Of a stretch of 64,000 bases of DNA, positions 39,301 through 51,800 are shown piece by piece. Position numbers and translations under genes: made by a program. The stretch is taken from positions 199,764,001 to 199,828,000 of the forward strand of contig OZ038378.1 of the NCBI GenBank assembly GCA_964036045.1, given 5' to 3'. Numbering within the stretch: the first letter of the stretch is position 1; every line of letters starts with the position of its first letter. A model generated the notes under the pieces. It was given only the letters and a program-made list of their open reading frames with translations. It was not told the DNA's origin and ran no database searches. Source of the DNA: Eutreptiella sp. 'Long Island Sound 2002' (Eukaryota > Protista > Euglenida).

Positions 39301-39893
39301 CAGTCAGATGGGAGGAGTACACATGGGGTACGGAATGGTGACAAGACAGGATATCGCCATTCGGCTTTACTATTTCACCCCTGCAATCCCCCCCCCCCTC
39401 CCACACACACACCATGCGCACACACGTGCATGCACCCCCGCCCCCCGCCCCCCCATACATGCACCGATGAGAAAGAGAAGGAGAAGGAGGATCGGATGAT
39501 AGTGGACCATATCAAACGACTTCTCAGGTATTGGCTGGCGAGAAGACTGCCAAAGAGGTGCTGCAGGATTTCACGGCGGGTTGGGACAAGAACCAGGACA
39601 ACCAAATTACGGAGAGGGAGTTCTGCGACTACTACAACGACATCAGCGCCGGCATTGATGACGACCAGTACTTCGAGCTCATGATCCGCAACGCGTGGCA
39701 CATCAGTGGGGGCGAGGGTGCGGCGGAGAATACCAGCTGCCGTCGTGTGCTCGTCATTCACACAGACGGCTCAGAGACGATCGAAGAGATAAAGAACGAC
39801 CTCGGCATTGGTGCCCACGACAAGGAGAAAATGCTGCAGAACCTTCTAGCCCAAGGGGTCACAGACATTAAGCACGTCCGGCCCTATGCATAG
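33370..39893 (+). CDS. GYTGH-repeat plus calcyphosin-like EF-hand protein, 593 aa, join(33370..33914,34750..35284,36158..36493,39528..39893)
   Basis: Repeats IPGYTGH, IVGYTGH, SYTGH, IVGYTGH. Four EF-hand loops (DDDGNKKLSRYE, DPDGSGQITVTE, DENCDGSVTLGD, DKNQDNQITERE). Calcyphosin-like HPEV..GEKT, YFELMIRNAWH and RRVLVIHTDG. GT-AG introns in phases 2,0,0; 1782 nt. The intron 1 donor (GTCATC) is weak, so extra exons there are possible. Confidence 0.85.
35530..35692. repeat. Repeat family A, short copy (intron 2)
   Basis: Reverse complement of about 23789-23940. Confidence 0.8.
35920..36104 (+). repeat. 185-bp block duplicated at 37350-37534
   Basis: GTGTCACATGTTGACTCC...GCAGTGCATACATCT; the two copies differ at 2 positions. 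Confidence 0.95.
36850..37260. repeat. Repeat family A, long copy (intron 3)
   Basis: Reverse complement of about 23789-24200. Confidence 0.85.
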
Positions 39894-42801
39894 GCCATTG
39901 CCCCAACAAACCTGGTACATTCCGGTACTGAAGGCCATTGTGAGACGCACTCGCCAGTGGCTTCCGGGGGTCGTGTGGCCCGATCTGTCAGTTGTAGCCC
40001 CATGTGCTCTTAATGCATCTCCTTTGCTTGAACATATACTTTGGCACCTCACCTCCTCCTGCCCCTTTCACTACCGCACAGGATTATCCCACAATCTGCC
40101 ATTCCCACACACATTGCACCGTGACCGCCCCCCCCCCTTTCCCGGCGTACGCCCCCCTCCCCTGCTTCAGGGTGTGCGGTGCGGCCACAATGGTGTTGAT
40201 GGGAAACGGTAGTAAGTGTCCAGGATTGCCCCCTCCCGCGCCTGTATTTGTTTCTCTTCCATGTCAGTCTCCTCTCCCCTCCCCTATCCCCGTTGATTTG
40301 ATGATGTAATTCTTTACCACATTTACTCGGCAGTAAGTTTCAGCACAACGCCGGCTGTTCAGGGGATGCCTGTCGGTTTCATCCGCTAATTTCCCAAGCA
40401 CAGCCCATCGCTCCCAATCCTGAGGGTGCTCAACCCCAACAATGGGCTAGTCCTCATGCGGAGGTACATAGCACTTAAACTTGTTTGGCAGGTGTACCAG
40501 AGCTGAGCTGACACCCGCCTGACGAGGACAGCAACAGACTACACCACCGCCATCACCAAAACAGCAACAACGAGAAACACGAAGCAGAAACAGATTTTGT
40601 AACGGTTGCGGACACGCTGGCCATCGCGCCAGGCACGTCTGGGCAGCCATGGGCGCAGGAAGCAGTCTTCATTAGAAATCCTGGCTGCTTGGGTTTGGAT
40701 CTGAGTTCTGCAGAGGCTTGCAGTTCGCATCAACACTTGTTGCGTCCCATTGGAGGTCACGGCGTCACTGCCCGTGGTGCATTTCCACCGACTCATTCAC
40801 TTGCACATATTCAAACGCATGTGCATCCCAATAGACATACACGTGTTTGACAGATGAATTGAGACCCAACAAAGGAAAAGATTTTGTCCTCACACTTCCG
40901 TGAGAAAGGCTACTTGTTCATTGTGAATGCTACATGATCAGTGACGGGCGGCAAATGTTGAGACGGGGCCCGATGTGTTGATCAGGGTGGGGGGAGGCTT
41001 GGCCCAGAGCTCGGGCATCCCAACCAGATTGGAATGCTGATGATGGGCCGTTTGAGGCTCACCGAGAGCGTGTGACACCCTTCGGTCCGTGATCCCGGTC
41101 TTTTGGGCAGGAGCGGCCTGCGGTCTCTTTTGAGAGTCTGGGCCTCAGGCAGCAAACCGCATCCAACCCCCTTTCGGTTTGTCAATGCGGCGTGTGTTGC
41201 CTTGCCCTCGATCGCGCAGGCGCGACTTCGCTTGTGGTTTCAGGGACGGACAAGGCCAGGGGTTTTTTTTTTGTTACGATGGCAAGGCAATGTGGGTGAC
41301 ACGCCCTCGGTCAGGCGTAGTGCACCGTGTTCATGCCAACCCTAACCCAGAGGCGCTGGGATGCGCTGCGGTTGCAGTTGCGGTGCATTCCTTCGGGGCT
41401 GCAGCGTGCATCGCATCGTGGGGGATTGTGTGGTGCGCAGTTGCCGTCCACCACATCAATTTGTGGTACATTTCCATCAACATAACCTCTTCCATGTCAC
41501 TGTACAGCCCAATGTGTCTCCCTCGTTCACTTCGTGTCCATGTGACGCAGTGCTTTGCGCTGGGGAAGCAGGTTTCGAGGGGTTGCATATCCCAGTCACA
41601 TGGTAGTGTAGCCACCGATGAAGTACCTGTCAGGCCTGGGCTTAGTCCATCCAGCCCAGCAGCCTAGCAGAGCTGCTTGGCCCCAGTGGTCAAAACGTGA
41701 CAACAGATAAGGGACGACGATAAGAGCAGGCCAAGTGAGGTTCCTTCCGTTGTTGCCCCATCCGAAATGGAAAATAGGAATGTTTGGAAACGGAGACGAC
41801 GCAGAGAGACGGTCCAAGAGGAAGTCCGAAATTACAATTTGGGCCCAGCCTGATGATACGACGGTCGTTCATCAGCGACATCGTGGTGTAAATAGTTCGG
41901 AGATGACACATGCTATCGTGGTTGGGGAGTGTGGCTGGCTGTGTTTCAGAGCTTCCCGTTTGTGGCACAAATGAGCATGCTCAATCACGGATGAGCACGA
42001 ATTTGGCTGATTTTCGCTTTCTCGTTCGCAAAGAATCATGGCTAGTCACGAATACAAATTCTGGTGACAGGAGATTATTACAAACAATCACACACATAAA
42101 TTGACAAGAATTGGTACGCTTTTGGCAGCAGTGTGATGGCCGTTTGTATGCTGCTGTCAGCCCTTTCCTCTACTTTTCAGTTCCAGTTGAGCACTCTTTT
42201 AGCCTGCCCGGGTACATTGATCGACAGAAGCAAATGTCACCATGTGTGCTGCAGCAGTAGTTCCGCACACGTTAAGCGTGATGTGGTGCCGGCTTGTCAA
42301 GGGTTGAGACACATGTCCAACGCATTCCAAATTGGAACCTGTCGCTCTTGTTTTGTGTGTTTGTGTATTCACGGGTAAGATGTGTCATCCTTTGAGGTTT
42401 GGTTGACCCCATACCACATTCACAATGTGCAGCTTGGGGTCCTGAGTGCGCCACAAGTAATCATGAACAATCAAGAAAAATCACAAATGCCAATACATCT
42501 AAATCGCCAATACATCTGGTGATGAAGGGTTGGGAAGCTTTGCTGTGTTGCCAACGAAGGGATCTGCCCACTCAATAAAACGTTGCCACGGAATCGGGTC
42601 CGTTGTGCTAAGTTGCGCACACGCTAATGTGCACTCGGGCTGCACCTCAACAAAGGCAATTTTGAAGGTGAGCCAATGTCCTGCCCGCCTGGCTATCGCA
42701 GTCGCACACTCTGTGGTGCAGGTACATGTTCCCACAAAACAGTCGCTGAGCCCCGAGGTTTAGCCCTTGCAGTTGCGGACCCACCCACTGGCCCAGGCGC
42801 T

Positions 42802-45800
42802 ATGGCCTCCGGGCGGGATCCGGGGTACACCGACGATGCCACGTCGGCGGATGAGCTGCTGGATCAGGCCAAGATCCTGACGCAGGCCCTATCAGAGAAG
42901 CCCGCTACGGTGGCTGTGCTGCTCTTTCCAAAGATCCACATGCTGGTGGTGCAGGAAGCCGACCGGTTGTTCCGGGAGCGGCATATCCGGGTCTACATCA
43001 CAGGCACCGTCACGCCGGGTTACGAACAGGGCTCCGCCTTCATGCAATTCGTGATGCTCTACCACAAGGTGGGTTGCGCCCCTCCCCCACTCTTTTACAC
43101 CCCCCCTTTTGTTGTATCCCGCTTGTCCTACCCCCCCCCCCCCCCTGTTGTTGCATCTCTCAGCTCGCTTTTTGTACCCCTATCCCCCTTCGTGTACCTC
43201 CACTTGTTGTTACAGGGGAGGGAAATTTTTCGGGAGGGTAGAATTTCGCGGGAAATTTTCGCCGTTAAGAAACGTGGCGAAATTACCCCTGCCGCGAAAT
43301 TTTCGAAATGCAGGTGAGAATTCAGAAACGTGCACCAGTGTACCAGGCGGAGGGAAAGTACAAAGATGTTTTTTTTTTTCAACATGCAGTGGTTGTGTGA
43401 CTGGAATGCATTGGAATGCTGTGTTGCCCAAGATTTTGAAAGTGCCCACCAGGAAATAAGAGGAACCATCAGGAAATAACAGCAAGTTTCAGGATTCCCG
43501 GAGGCGGCGAAATTTTCCCCGTCCAAATTCATCCCTGTCGACATTGTCCCCTGGCAAACTTGTCCCCCCCCTTGTACGGCCACATTTCCTGTCCTCCTTA
43601 CCCCCTGTGTTCTACCCCTCCCCGCCCTTGTTGGCCCCCCACCCCACACCCTCCTGTTGTAACCCATATTTTGTTGGGGGGGCAGCCAAGGGGGCAACCA
43701 AGGGGGTAGCCTGCCGAGTGCTAGCCCTTGGAGTGGGCATTATGGTGACTTTGTCATGCGGCAGACTGCACAGTTTTTTTTTTTGCTGATGGGGACAGGA
43801 GGCCTAATACGTTTGGAGTTGATTGCAAAGCTGTGAATTTTTTTTGGGAAAATCCACGGGTGCAAGGATTGGTTCATTGTGGAGAAAAAGACGGGCAGCT
43901 GGTGGTGTTTTCTTTGTTGCCTGTCCCGAGTGCCTAGGTTTGTTGCTCACAGCTCCTTCGAATGCTCACAGCCCTCCGGATCCGCCTCACCAACGGTGCC
44001 GGTGCTGTGGCACCATCTTGAAGTACCTGTGTAGCATGGAGGGGGATTTGAACCTATGACCTGCCGTGCAACGCATGGGGCATATGTTTGGACCACCAAA
44101 TGCCACGGTAGGGACAAGGTGAAAAGTCATAGAGATTCACGTGAATTGGTTCAAAATGTGCACAAAATTCGCATCCACGGCGATTTTCACATGTGTGCTG
44201 GCATGTGGCTGTGAATGTGGATTTTGTGTGCATTTCATGCGAATTTCACACTCAAGTTTTTGCATCGTGCTATACTGCATGCTACGACCAGGTGATTGAA
44301 CTCTAGGGGCAGAGGTTGTTGTTGCATTTTGCAAATTGTTGATTGTGTGCACATGGGATCTTCTTTCTCACGGCCACTTCTTTCTGCTTGTGTGTTCACC
44401 CAATGCCGCGGGGAGATGGGAACAAGAGCGCTGGCCCCTTCCTTGCCGTGCAAGCCCAAACCCACATCAACCCTGGGCTGAAGTCCCTTGAGGAGTTGTG
44501 CGGAAAGAGTTGGGAGCCCCTTACACATGTCAACTCCTTCCCGAAATTGGCCAAATATGTTAACCCCCCAAAAGGAGACCACATCGCTGGCTCCACCAAG
44601 CGAGCCGACCAAATGGGACAAGACGGTGTATGGGGGAGCCTTAAGCGCAGTGCGCGTGCAGTGCGCGTGCAGTGCGCGCGCAGTGCAACTATTTGGGCGT
44701 CTGGCCGTACTGGAGACCCATGCTTTGAGATCATAGGGGCATCATCGTTACCCTGTTGCGTAGGTTTTGATGCTTTTTCCACATTGGGGATATAGCATTT
44801 TTGGAATTTCACCCAATTTCACCCATTTCCACCCTTTTTCACACTTTATCTCTATTTGCAAGGGCTATTTGGACCATGTCTTTGTGCAGGATACTACCCA
44901 TCTCTTTGAATTGTGCTATGCCTGTGATTCCAAGCCAAGTCGCATTTGAATTCGCCATCAAATTCTTCGTCCGGCTGGTCGCATCAACTTACGAGGGTTG
45001 ATGTGGCTGGTGAAGCGAAAGACCCGCCAGAGGGTGAGTAGTTCAACTCCGAATAATCTCGTAGCGGAAATTGCCTCCGCGGGGCTGTCGCCGCAACGGT
45101 CGTCGTATTATGTCGACAAAGGTTTCGATGCACATACGAAAGGAGGTACCCCCGGCCGACTCCCCCTCTACATTAGAGGATGTTGAGGGGGGCAACCAAT
45201 ACGCTGTTCATGGCTGTTCGAGATGTGCATGATGTGTGTTATGTGAAGGGAAGGTAGTTTGCAATTTTCTTGAGCTGGGGCAGTTTGGGTCACCTAATTC
45301 TAAGGGCGTTTCCAAGGGGCGTGCCTAGGGGCTCTTCTGGGGGAACATAGTCTAAAAGTAGCGCGCAGTGCGCGTGCAGTGCGCGCGCAGTGCGCGCGCA
45401 GTGCAAGGATTCCCCCTATGCGTAATGGTGCCTCCAGTTGCTTCACCTATCGGGGATTGAGGCCCAATAACTCACACCGCTACTAGCAATGGGTGTTACG
45501 TGGCGTGGCGTGCACGGCACCCTCCGCCAACTTGCACAACCTGCGGCTCAACTGTTTGCAGCGGAGGATGGGAACAACACCACCATCTACAGTGCAGCAT
45601 GCCCCCTACCAGCCCGGCTGCAGCACTTATACGAGTGCCGACCTATTGCGCCCATAGATGTACAACAACCGAGACCCCCTAAGTATCATTGGTTGCCGAT
45701 AGCCGTGGACGGCACCAAAAGGCACGAGGCCAGCTACGTGCACTGTACAATAGGGGCTAGTACTAGTCCGGATGAGCTTGCCTATTGGTGGCTCATTGGG

Positions 45801-48800
45801 GGATCAGAGGAATGGGGCACGTTGTATGCAGCTGCTGTTGATTTTGACCGAGAGCTCGCTGATGCTAGTAAGGTTACCGTCGTTGACACGGCTGGGGAAG
45901 GCTGTGAGCCCCTTTTTCTTTTTATGTGCCGATGGGAAGGCACAGATTTTGCTAAGTGGGTGCAAAAACTGGAAGGCTGAGTCCCCACATGTCAACTGTG
46001 TGCTGGGTATGCGGTCATTACGCACACATATAGGTATACGCAAAGACGCGCTGAACGTATGAGCGAACACTATTGCGCGTGTACGTTTACATGTATAAGC
46101 TTGTAGACGTACAGCCCTCCGAAAACCTTAGATACTACGACCGCTGAAGGACGAACGCTGCAGGATGCTGCCTGAAAGTGGCCAAAGCACAAGAGGAGGA
46201 GTGTACAGATTTGTGGTAGATCACAACACTGAGCCTTTTGGCATCGTTGTAGCGTTATGCCATGTATTCGGAGACATGCCATCATGCCCGTTGTCAAATC
46301 ATCTGCCCCCCCTTTTCCTGGGCCAGTGAAAGACCGCTGCACCTAAGAAGCTGGACCATCCACAGTGAGCGGTTTTCAGCTTGGTAAAGTCACCAAAACG
46401 ACGGGCATTCTGCACGAGACCTGCGGAACCGCCCCCTATGAGTAGGAACTCTCTCAACAGCAGACGTTCCTTCATCTCTTAGGTCTTCCAGGCGAAGATC
46501 GCAGAGCTTTTCGCGACACTACAGGCGTGTCGGAAGGCCGTCGCCCATGCCAATGCCACAGTGCCGGAGATGGAGCGGTGGCTGAAGATCCAGCAGCTTG
46601 CAGAGATGGAGCAGGAGACTCTCGTGGCGGATTGCCTCCTCTATGCAGCTGCCGTGACATACTTTGTAGCATTCCCTCGGCCGATGTACGCCCACCTGCT
46701 CAGCAAAAGCCGCGCACTTTGCAAGGCAAACCACCTGACTTGCACGGATTCGGACGGCTTCCAACTCGCGCGAGCCCTTGGGCTGGGCGGCTTCCGTTTC
46801 CTCGACCCTGAGGTGGAGCTACTGGGTACCATGGGCCTGCCTCATACTGACCCGCACACCAGGTGTGTGTGTGCACATGCACGCTCAGCAGCTTCACAGT
46901 GCCTGTTTGTCATGTTCATCGTGTGTGCGCACGCATGTGTGTGTGCCCGTGCGTGCACTGGCGTGTTTCTCAGGGTCAGGCTTTCCACTCCAACGCCGTG
47001 AAAACTTCTGGTTGTTATGATGCAGATATTCCGGTTGCAGTCCTGTTATGAAAAGGAAGGCCACAGATGTGCACAGTTTTTGACACTCCTGTTTTCAATT
47101 TCAAACTCAGGGTCTAGATCATTGATACTCGAAATGCAGGCCAGGCTGCCCCCCCCTCCCTGCGCAAGCACGGGCTTGTCCAAGCAGGGCGACCCCATCT
47201 GACCGTCGTTTTTTTCCGGTTTTTTTCCGACCGCAGTTTCTATGGTCAGAAATGTAACGTGACGCGGTTTTGCTCCGATTGTAGAGAGAAAAGGTGGCTG
47301 GATCATGCTTGTGGTAGTTCCTCCTGCTCATACCAACATTCTGCTTGCAACTGCGCTGTTTGTTTTGATGCATTTTTCAGCCATGGATGATGTTGCTATC
47401 GCTGGCATGGCTGTTAGGTACATCTGGTCCACCGGTGAACATGTGCCCGTCACTATTATTGGTCCTTCTACTCGTGGAGATGATTCTTTTCATGTGAAGT
47501 ACCTGCGGAATGGGCATGAGATTGAGCATCATGCTCCTTTGCACTGTGTCCTTTTTCCAATCCAATCCAATTGTGATCAGGGTAAGGTATGGGCAGGTTC
47601 TCGCTACGTACATTCTTTTGGTACTGCGTGTCGTGCGCAAGCACAGCCTTGTCCAAGCATGGGGGCCCATCTGACCGTTGTACTCCCGATTTTCAGCGTG
47701 CTTGCACAAGGTGGGGGGTACGAAAATGAGGTCTTGGAAACCATCTGTGTCAATGGAAACAAGAGGCATCTTGTTGGTGCTCCTCTCAAACAATTATCGT
47801 GAATGTCGGCCTTGATCCAAAATTCCCAAAAGTTCCCGAAAAATGTGGTGTGCATATCAGTCTTGCATCCCAGAAGCAAATTCCATTTATTCCTACACAT
47901 GGTACACACATCTATCAATGCTGTCCACCCAAGGCCGGCCCCAAAAATTTTGGTAGGAATGGAGGTGGGAGCAGATGTGGGAGCGGATGTGGGCGCAGAG
48001 GGGGGAATGGAGGTGGAAGTGGAGGTTGAAGTGGAAGTGGGAGTCACCACCGTACAGCCCACACGCCGCCTGCCCAGGCTGCCTGTGTGAGGCCTTCTTA
48101 CCAGTTGTGAAATGGTAGGCTCCTCTCACCAGTTCGCTTTCCTTGTTCCCTGTGAGGCAAGCTCCAGGCTCTGGCTTGCTGGTGTCTTTTTTCGCCTTTT
48201 CTGTACTGGGAGTTGCTTGCTTCATGTCTGTAAGGGATGTGGCGGTCGCTGTGGAGCTGTTGGCTGGGCCCAATGGCGCTCGGTGGCCCTTCATACTGGA
48301 CCCTCTGGGCATCTTCGTCAAGTGGCTGCAGGCGAGCCTCCGCTGCAGCGGCGCCAAAGTGCTGCAGCTGGCGCAAGACCCCGTCCAGAGCATCACAGAC
48401 CTCGCCCAAGCTGCCCAGGATGGGCTTCCGGTGGTGCTGACGGGCGTAGGCCACATGTTGCCCCCACCGGTGCTTCCGTTCCTTGACCGCGCCTACATTC
48501 GCACGCACGGCAAAGTGAAGCTCCCGTTCGCGGTGCCAGTCGGCGGCACCGAATGCGCCGACGTCCCGGTGGCGAGCGGCTTCATGCTGTTCCTCGTGTC
48601 CACTGCACGGCACACTACGGGCCTTCCGAGCGCAGTGTTTGCCCTCACGAGCCCAGTGTGGGTGGCGCCGTCCGCCGGGATGCTGGGAGCCGTGTTCCTG
48701 CCGGCAGTGCTGCAGCTCACCGAGCCAGCCGTCGCAGCGGATCTGGGGGAGCACGCGACTGACGTCGCCACGTACAGTGCGATGCTGCGCGACGCGGACG

Positions 48801-51800
48801 CGGAGTGCCGCGTGGCAATCGCGGACCCCGGTGCGCTAAAGGCCGCGCGCGCCCGGTACGTGCTGCTGGACTCCAAATGCATGCAGGCTGGCGACCTCAA
48901 GGCCCGTGGAACTGTGATCCGCGACGCCTACGTCCCGGTTGCGGAGCTGCTGAGCCGCCTGTATCTCGTGGCCTACCACGGGGGCCGTTGCGGTGCACCG
49001 GAGGAATTTGTCGAGCTGTTGGGCGCCGGGGCCGCCTCCCACTTATTGGCCGAGGCAGACACCGGGGAGGACCCGGGCCAGCGGGCGATGGCGGCGGGCG
49101 CTGGGCTCACGGAGGCCGTCCTCCAGCACTTCGGGTCCAATTTCGTGCTCACGAGCGCGGCGGCCGTGCGTTGCTTCCCTGACCCCGACCCCGATGCGGT
49201 AGAGGCCCCGGTGAGCGATGAGATCTTTGCGCTCGAGGGCACCGGCAGCGACAAGCAGTGCGTGCAGTTGACCGTGGTGGACCTGATGGACGTGTTTCGG
49301 CGCTTTCCGGGGGAGATCTCCGACGTCAAGATGGACGCAGGAACGCTGGGGGTTATGCGCGCGCAGCTGCAGGTCCCACTCCATTCTGCTGCCACCACAC
49401 GCCGCACCGGACCACGCCACGCCACACCACAAGCCGCCCCTTCACACCCTGGTCCTGTCCCAAGTGTCGACCATTGAGTCTCTGGATTGCCAGAATGAAC
49501 CTGACTTTATAACAAGTGACGAGGGCTCTGCAATGGAGTTTAGCGCGGATGTTAGCTCAACTAGGAAACGTAGGACCCAGCGATAAATCTAGCTTCCCGG
49601 CCTGACACTCTCCCCTCCCATACCTCCCAGCCTAAGGTTAACCATCAGACCTGTGGCCGATTGCATGCCAGCCTCTGAGCGCGGTCTCGTGGATATCTGA
49701 AGCTGCCCCAGTAGTAACATGCAGACTGCTTTGGGTGGTCGACAAAACACGGCAGCCATTGAAAGACATGTGGTCCACGATGTGTACTTAATGGTCAGCG
49801 ATGAAGAACCCTATTGAATGAACTGCCGAACATTGCTGCATATGCATACCAGGACGTGTGTATGTGGAGTGCTTGTTGACCTGTGTGCGGCCTTCACACC
49901 CCACCCCACCACACCACACACCACCACACACCACCACACCACACCACACCACACACCACACCACACCACCAGGGGGACATCCCATCCCCCCAGCCTGTGG
50001 GCCATGCCCCGTTTGGTGGCTGCTACCCACTGCTAACGCTCCTTAGGCTGCAACCATGGGCCCGGGGAACATCCCATTCCCCGGGCCTGTGGGCCTCGCG
50101 CCTTTTTGGGCCCACTACCCCCCCTCGGCACTCCATAGGCGGCGACCTCAGGCACAGGGGGACATCCCATCCCCCCGGCCTGTGGGCCTTGCGCAGTTTT
50201 GGGTCCACTGCCCCTTGCATTGACAGTGCACCGAAGCGTATCCACTGCCCACTGCCCCAGGCAGTGTGGCAGTGCGCTGAAGGATACCCACTGCCCCCTC
50301 ACATATGACTAATCCCCTCGGGCTGGGATTGGTGCTTGGAAATTGCCTATGGTCAATGCACGGAAAAAGTGCTTGGAAATTTTGCTTCGATCGTTTCAAT
50401 ACCAAACGAGTTGTTATGTCTCATTAGAAGTTTTTTCGGGGTGATCCTAGCAAGAAGTGGTTGGGGAAAGCAGTTCCAGACATACCGCGGCACACCATCA
50501 CGTTGAAGCAATTGTTGTCTCCATGGTCCAACTAAAAAAAGTCGGTTGTGAAAACCAGAGAAGAGATGTAGCAATACCTTTGACCAAATATACATTTTAT
50601 GGGAAATATATTCGTTACAGGTGTGCAGGTGTGCAGTGGGGCAGTGCATGGAAGGATAACCCCTGCCCACTGCCCCTTGAAGCGTGGCGGTGCAATGAAG
50701 GATGCCCACTGCCTACTGCCCCATGCAGTGCAGCAGTGTACCGCAGGATCCCCACTACCCACGGCAAAGGTAATGAAGGTTGCCTGCTGCCCCCCGTAGT
50801 GCGGTAGTGCGCCGAAGGATAGCCACTGCCCACTACCCCCTTGCAGGCAATGCGGTTGTGCGCTGAAGGATACCCACTGCCCATTGCCCGTTGCAGTGTG
50901 ACAGTGCACAGAAGAATCCCACTGCCCACTACTCACGGCCCCGTGCAGTGTGGCTATAGCAGTGCACTGAAGGATGCCTGCTGCCCACTACCCCGTGCGG
51001 TGCGGCAGTGCACTAGAGGATACCCACTGCCCACTGCCCCCGTTGTGTGGAGGTGCACTACTGGATACCCATTGCCCACTGCCCTCTGCAATGTGGCACT
51101 ACCCTGAAGGATGCCCACTGCCCAGTGCCCCATGCAGTGTAGCACTGCACTGAAGGATACACACTGCCCACTGCCCCCGCAGTGCGGCAGTGTATTGCAA
51201 AATCCCCACTACCCATTGCCTACTGCAGCGCAGCATTGTACAGAAGGATCAGCACCGCCCACTGCTCCATGCACTAAGGCAACATACAAATGCCGCCCTG
51301 TTACCCACTGCCCCAAGCAGTGAGGCAATGTATAAAACCAGCCCCACTGCCAGGTGCTGCATGCGGTGCCGTTGTGTACTGAAGGAGCCCCACTGCCTAC
51401 TGCCCCCATGCAGTGCAACAGCGAACTGAAGGATGCAATGCGGCCATGTACCGAAGGAGCCCCACTGCCCATTGCCCCATGTAGTAAGGCAGTGTGCTGA
51501 AGGATCCTCACGGCCTAATGCCCCATGCAGTGAGGCAGTGTACTGAAGGATCCCCACTACCCATTGTGCAGTGTGGTGAGGTAGTATTTTGGAGAAGCCC
51601 CGTTGCCCCACCCCATGCAGTGAGGCACTAGTGAGGCACTGTACTCAAGGATCCATGGTGCCCACTGCCCCACGCAATGAGGCAATGCACCACAACATCC
51701 CCCTTGCCCATTGCCCCTTGAAGTGAGGCAGTGTAGTGAAGGATCCCCATAGCCCATTGTGCAGTGTCATGAGGTAGTGTTCTAAAGGAGCCCCGTTGCC

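Noticed and set aside
40520-40860. Open frame of about 110 codons upstream of the dynein-like gene
   Set aside because: An in-frame stop lies between it and the nearest acceptor, it has no start codon, and it shows no dynein similarity.
41030-41090. Hammerhead-like CTGATGA followed by stem TGGGCC/GGCTCA
   Set aside because: The core continues CCGAGA rather than CGAAA, and I found no convincing stems I/III or cleavage triplet.
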